From assembly GCA_963792415.1 (NCBI GenBank), contig CAWBVY010000007.1:172286-236285 (forward strand): a stretch of DNA of 64,000 bases, given 5' to 3'. Under the pieces are notes generated by a model. That model saw only the letters and a program-made list of their open reading frames with translations, was not told where the DNA came from and searched no databases. This stretch comes from Candidatus Deferrimicrobiaceae bacterium. Its GTDB lineage: Bacteria > Desulfobacterota > Deferrimicrobia > Deferrimicrobiales > Deferrimicrobiaceae. How positions within the stretch are numbered: position 1 is the first letter of the stretch; each line of letters starts with the position of its first letter. This document shows positions 59,424 through 64,000 of this stretch, piece by piece. The translations under genes were made by a program, and so were the position numbers.

Positions 59424-59834
59424 GATTGCCCCCCTTATAAAAAATCAATCTCCTCGCCGTTAGGTTTTTCATGACAAATCCTATTGCCCTTGCAAATTAG
59501 ATGAGTTGGAGGTGTTGGAGTTCCCCCTCAGGAGCAAATGGCCGTCATGGTGGTGCAGGCGGAAAACTTGGCGTCCATTCCCGGACGATAATGTGCCATG
59601 CAGGAGAAGAATCCGCACGGACTGCAAAGACAACGTAATCATTCTTTCAACTCGAATTTTGCCCATGCCGATAAGGATATCGGGTGATGTTTGCTCTATC
59701 TCCGCTTAATGAAATTGATGACGGGATTCCCGTCCTTTCAACCAGAAGAAATAGGGGCGGAACTTCTACATCGATCCGCGGAAATCCCCGTCCGAAATAG
59801 GTGTAAATCCCGGAGAGCAGGTCAAACGCACTCC

Positions 59835-59951
59835 GGTAATCCCCTGACGGTTGTCTTTCTCACGGGGGAAGGCGACATTCCCACATGCGCGCAGGCCATC
59901 CTCAAAGCAGGCGAATCCATTTTGCTGAAAACGGCAACCAAAATTGGATAA
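59835..59951 (+). pseudogene. Relic of a FixJ-type receiver domain
   Basis: PLTVVFLTGEGDIPTCAQAILKAG resembles PIIFLTGHGDIP..V.AMKAG. Confidence 0.4.
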
Positions 59952-59997
59952 GTTGGAAGCTACTGCCGCGGAAATAGCAGGAAAGGAGATATTTCTT

Positions 59998-61656
59998 GTG
60001 AAAATGAAAAACAGTGAAGAGAACACAGGTCGTACACAGCTTGCGGCGTTAATGCTTGCTGTGGTGATGGCAATCGTGGTCCCCTCATACGCCGTGGCTG
60101 AGACCTACGATGTCGTGATCAACAACGGCAGGGTCATGGACCCCGAGACCAACTTTGATGGCGTGCGCAATGTTGGGATAAAGGATGGGAAGATTGTTGC
60201 CATCACCAAGGACGCAATCAAGGGCAAAGAAACCATCGACGCCACAGGTCACGTCGTAGCCCCGGGCTTTATTGAGGGGCACCAGCACGCTACCGATCAG
60301 TTTAGTCGCAAGGTCAATTTGCGCGATGGCTTGACCACTCAGATGGATTTCGAAGCAGGCGCCGGCGATATCGCTAAATGGTATGCGAATGCCGAGGGTA
60401 AAACCCAGAGCAACTACGGCATGGTCGTGCTCGCAACGCTTGCCCGTGTGTCGGTGTTGGACGGTCCTGAAATAGCGGCTGCTGGTAATGACATGGGCGA
60501 ACTGTTCCGTACAGTGGTAGCTGACGCCGCCAAAAAGGCCCAGAAAGAAGGACGCAAGCCAGGCTGGTCGTCCACCTTGCCCAATAAAGAGGAGATGACT
60601 GAGATCATGCGTCTGGTCGATGAAGGCCTTCGTCAAGGCGCCTTGGGCGTGGGCATTCCTGTAGGTTATATGACCAAGGGTGTTACCCAGTACGAATTGT
60701 ATAAATACCAGGAGTTAGCGGCAAAATACGGCCGTGTTGCAAATGGACATGTCCGTTTTGCTGGTGTTCGCCCCCCCACCGAGGGGGCATTAGGCATTCA
60801 GGAGATGCTGGCCAATGCCATGGTTTTGGATGCGCCTTTCTTGGCGTCACACCTGAACAGCAACATGGACTGGGAGTACACAATTCCGTTCCTTAACGCC
60901 GCAAGAGAAAAAAGAGGAGCCAAGGTATGGGGTGAGGTTTACCCTTATGCAGCCGGTTCTACCATTGCTTCTACCGATATTCTTACGGAAGCAAGTATGG
61001 CTCAAATGGGGATCACCTATTCGGACGTTTCGAACCTTGATGGCACCCGTTGGGACAAAGCGATGTATGAAGACGTTCGCAAGAATGATCCCGGCAGGGC
61101 GATTGTGATTTACAACAACCCAGTGAAAGACATCGGTAAATGGATGGCGGCGCCAGGAGTCGTTATTGTCTCTGACGGTATGGCTATCCAGGATGAAAAG
61201 CTCAACTACTACCCCTGGGATTCACCCTATGAAGGCAAGTCAGTCCACCCGCGCAGCGCAGGGACCCGCGCCAAGGTGCTGCGCATGGTTCGTGAAGACA
61301 AGATCATGCCTTTGATGGAAGCCATCTCCAAGATGAGCTACCTGCACGCCAAGTACTTTGCTGAGCTGGGCGGCATTAGCCAGTTCGGGACCAAGGGCCG
61401 GGTGCAGGTGGGTGCTGACGCCGACATCGTCGTCTTCAACCCGGATAAGGTCACTGACAACAGCACTTACGAGCCAGGCAAGGGTGCGTTGCCCACGACT
61501 GGCATGCCCTACGTTTTGGTGAACGGTGTCGTGGTGGTGAAAGATTCCGTGGTGCAAAAGGTCTTTCCAGGCAAACCGATCCGCTTTCCGATCATGGCTA
61601 AAGGCCACATAGACGAATTGTCTCTCAATCCAAGGAAGTTTGACCCGAATCAGTGA
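59998..61656 (+). CDS. Secreted amidohydrolase (D-aminoacylase-like)
   Basis: Signal-like N-terminus, YDVVINNGRVMDPET, APGFIEGHQH, HPRSAG, GRVQVGADADIVVF. Confidence 0.85.
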   Translation: MKMKNSEENTGRTQLAALMLAVVMAIVVPSYAVAETYDVVINNGRVMDPETNFDGVRNVGIKDGKIVAITKDAIKGKETIDATGHVVAPGFIEGHQHATDQFSRKVNLRDGLTTQMDFEAGAGDIAKWYANAEGKTQSNYGMVVLATLARVSVLDGPEIAAAGNDMGELFRTVVADAAKKAQKEGRKPGWSSTLPNKEEMTEIMRLVDEGLRQGALGVGIPVGYMTKGVTQYELYKYQELAAKYGRVANGHVRFAGVRPPTEGALGIQEMLANAMVLDAPFLASHLNSNMDWEYTIPFLNAAREKRGAKVWGEVYPYAAGSTIASTDILTEASMAQMGITYSDVSNLDGTRWDKAMYEDVRKNDPGRAIVIYNNPVKDIGKWMAAPGVVIVSDGMAIQDEKLNYYPWDSPYEGKSVHPRSAGTRAKVLRMVREDKIMPLMEAISKMSYLHAKYFAELGGISQFGTKGRVQVGADADIVVFNPDKVTDNSTYEPGKGALPTTGMPYVLVNGVVVVKDSVVQKVFPGKPIRFPIMAKGHIDELSLNPRKFDPNQ

Positions 61657-61734
61657 GTAATCCCCGGGCAAGCGAGGGGGGGGCATTGCTAATTGTTGCC
61701 CCCTCTATTGCCCCCATTGAAAAGGAGACGGAAA

Positions 61735-63424
61735 ATGAAACGCCTGAGAATTTCTTTGAGTCTATTGATACTAACCCTTGTTATGGCCATGCCGGCCATG
61801 GCGGCCGATTACGATCTGGTGATCAACAACGGCCGGGTTATGGATCCAGAAACTATGTTTGATGATGTTGCCAATGTTGGGATTACCAAGAGGTCGCATC
61901 GTTGCCATCAGCAAGCAGCTACTCTCGGGCAGGGAAACCATCGACGCCACCGGGCATGTGGTAGCACCCGGTTTCATTGACACGCACTACCATGCAACAG
62001 ACATCTTCGCAAGCAAGATGGCACTCCGAGATGGTGTCACCACAGGTATGGACCTTGAAGCTGGTTCATTCAATGTAAAGGGTTGGTACGATGAGAAAGT
62101 AAAGTCTGGTTGGCAAGTCAACTACGGTACGTCTGCGAGCTTGTTATATTCCAGAATGGCTGTCCTTGACCCTGAGACTAAGCTAAGCGCTCCAATCGAC
62201 TTTGGGGATATTCAAGGTTATGCAGCCAAAGCTTTAGCAGATGGTGTTCAAGGCTGGGCAGATAAAAAATCTTCAATTGAAGAAATGAATAAAATCATGC
62301 AGATAGTGGATGAGGATTTACGACAAGGAGCTATTGGTATTGCTGCTCCTCTTGCTTATATGGCTAAGGGGATCACCAGCTACGAAGTTTTTGAAGGGCA
62401 AAGGGTTGGTGCAAATTATGGTCGTCTCACGTCTGTTCATACTAGGTATCATCTTTTAGCAGAAACACCCACTGAAGCTCCTATCGCCTTTGACGAGGTG
62501 TTTACCAATGCAATGTTATTAGACGCCCCATTACTCATAGCACACAACAATGATTATGGTTGGTGGGAAATTGAGGAAAAATTGCAATTAGCAAGAGAAA
62601 AAGGACTGAATATGTGGTCTGAATACTATCCTTATGCTGCTGGTTCAACAGCCATCACAGCAGCGTTCTTAAGACCGTCTGAATGGGTGGAGAAAAAAGG
62701 CTATAAATATGAAGATACCATATATGACCCTATTGATGATAAATACCTTACTAACGAAACCTATGCAGCACTGATGAAAAATGATCCAGGTCGGTCGGTT
62801 GTGGTTGAATTTCCTTATCGAAAAGCGTGGATGAATCACTGGTTGGCCATTCCTCACATGACCATTGCAAGTGATGCCATGGCCGGTGTTGGTGAAGATG
62901 GTAAATTGCTGCCATGGGATGCGGAGTGGTCTGAATACCGTGGACATCCACGTACGTCTGGATCGCATGGTGCTTGCTTTAGAATGGGACGTGAACAGGG
63001 TATTCCACTGATGTTTACGATTGCACAGGCAAGTTACTGGCCAGCCAAACACTTAGGTGATTCAGGTCTTGAATCAATGCAGGAACGTGGTCGCCTACAA
63101 AAAGGTAAAGTTGCCGATATCACCATTTTTGACCCAAAAACGATTACAGATAATTCAGGCTTTAAAGTCGGTCAGCACGGTATTCCATCGACAGGTATCC
63201 CTTATGTTATTGTTAACGGCACGATTGTGGTGAAGGACAGCAAGGTGCTTCGCGTGAAACCAGGTCAGGAAATTCGCTTTCCAGTCGAAGCTAAGGGTAG
63301 ATTTAAGCCTCTTAAGCTTGATGGTTGGTTGGACAAACATACGATTGGTCTAAACCCTGATCTTCTTGAGCATCTGCATGATGACACTGGTGCTGGCGTG
63401 ATTCTGAACAGCGAAAAAAAATAA
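61735..63424 (+). pseudogene. Second secreted D-aminoacylase-like amidohydrolase, single frameshift near 61890
   Basis: MKRLRIS...AMAADYDLVINNGRVMDPET in one frame; GRIVAISK...APGFIDTHYH...HPRTSG in another. Confidence 0.8.
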
Positions 63425-63521
63425 CTTTGCATTCAGTCATGGTTCATTAATGGAAAACATGATGAAAAAGATAGTCAGGCACTCAAATTAGATAAACGCA
63501 ATGATTCAAAGGAGAAGTCCC

Positions 63522-64000
63522 ATGAAACGAAACATAGCACTAATTTTTATTGTAATGGTCTCGTCATTTTTTGCAGTTCAACCGGCATTTGCTCAGGAGC
63601 AGCAACAGGTGCCGACGCTCGTGCTCATCAGCAACGTCAATATCTTTGACGGAAAAACCGAAACACTCCAAAAGGACATGCATGTCCTGGTTGAAGGAAA
63701 TCTCATCAAGCAAATTTCTAAAGAGCCCTTGATGGTCATGCAAACCGATAATGTGACCATCATCAACGGTGAAGGGCGCACGCTGATGCCTGGCCTTACA
63801 GATTGTCATTGGCACAGCATGGGGGCCTATATGGTTGGGGACCCGTTTGCGGCTGGTGCGGGCAAACTGAATCTCGTGGCGGCCCATGGGTCAGAAAAGA
63901 CGCTTATGCGGGGCTTCACCACAGTGAGAGACGTGGGCGGCCCTGTATTTGATGTAAAGGCGGCAATCGACGAGGGTCTGTTCGTTGGCCCCCGGATCTA
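63522..64000 (+). CDS. Secreted amidohydrolase (imidazolonepropionase/Xaa-Pro dipeptidase-like), runs off the window
   Basis: MKRNIALIF...PAFA signal, NVNIFDG, GRTLMPGLTDCHWH, RGFTTVRDVGG; RBS AAGGAG. Confidence 0.82.
   Translation, partial: MKRNIALIFIVMVSSFFAVQPAFAQEQQQVPTLVLISNVNIFDGKTETLQKDMHVLVEGNLIKQISKEPLMVMQTDNVTIINGEGRTLMPGLTDCHWHSMGAYMVGDPFAAGAGKLNLVAAHGSEKTLMRGFTTVRDVGGPVFDVKAAIDEGLFVGPRI

Noticed and set aside
59481-59720. Short ORFs upstream of the cupin gene
   Set aside because: No recognisable motifs; probably decayed island sequence
1-64000. CRISPR arrays, transposases, integrases, rRNA
   Set aside because: No regularly spaced repeats or recognisable recombinase, transposase or rRNA sequence seen

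Overview
GC-rich (visually about 65-70%) bacterial window whose gene content suggests an anaerobic deltaproteobacterium-like organism (an MBNT15/Deferrimicrobium-type lineage is my guess only). Core-like content: a TetR + AcrAB-OprM-type pump, a Sec formate dehydrogenase operon (fdnGHI-fdhE-fdhD/mobA fusion), leuCD-aguBA, a cobalamin-type radical SAM enzyme, serA, an ADP-forming acyl-CoA ligase, a second RND pair, copA, rnd, an octaheme nitrite reductase and four tRNAs (Arg-TCT, His-GTG, Arg-CCG, Lys-CTT). The main signal is four genes split in the ORF track by an in-frame TGA at a catalytic Cys position, each followed by a SECIS-like hairpin: a periplasmic DsbA-like protein (UPHC) coupled to a di-heme peroxidase, FdnG, a stand-alone GrdB/PrdB-like protein (UPVC) heading a serA/acyl-CoA ligase operon, and an ArsM-like methyltransferase. 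Two tRNA-anchored accretion zones lack any visible integrase. At tRNA-Arg(TCT), the tRNA 3' half is duplicated 3.5 kb away and a thi4 gene is cut exactly at the CCA end. At tRNA-Lys, there are three copies of a hairpin, gene relics and a low-GC trio of secreted amidohydrolases. A missed 42-aa Cys4 protein, two candidate structured RNAs and a heavily frameshifted multicopper oxidase are also noted. All calls come from reading the sequence; no searches were run.
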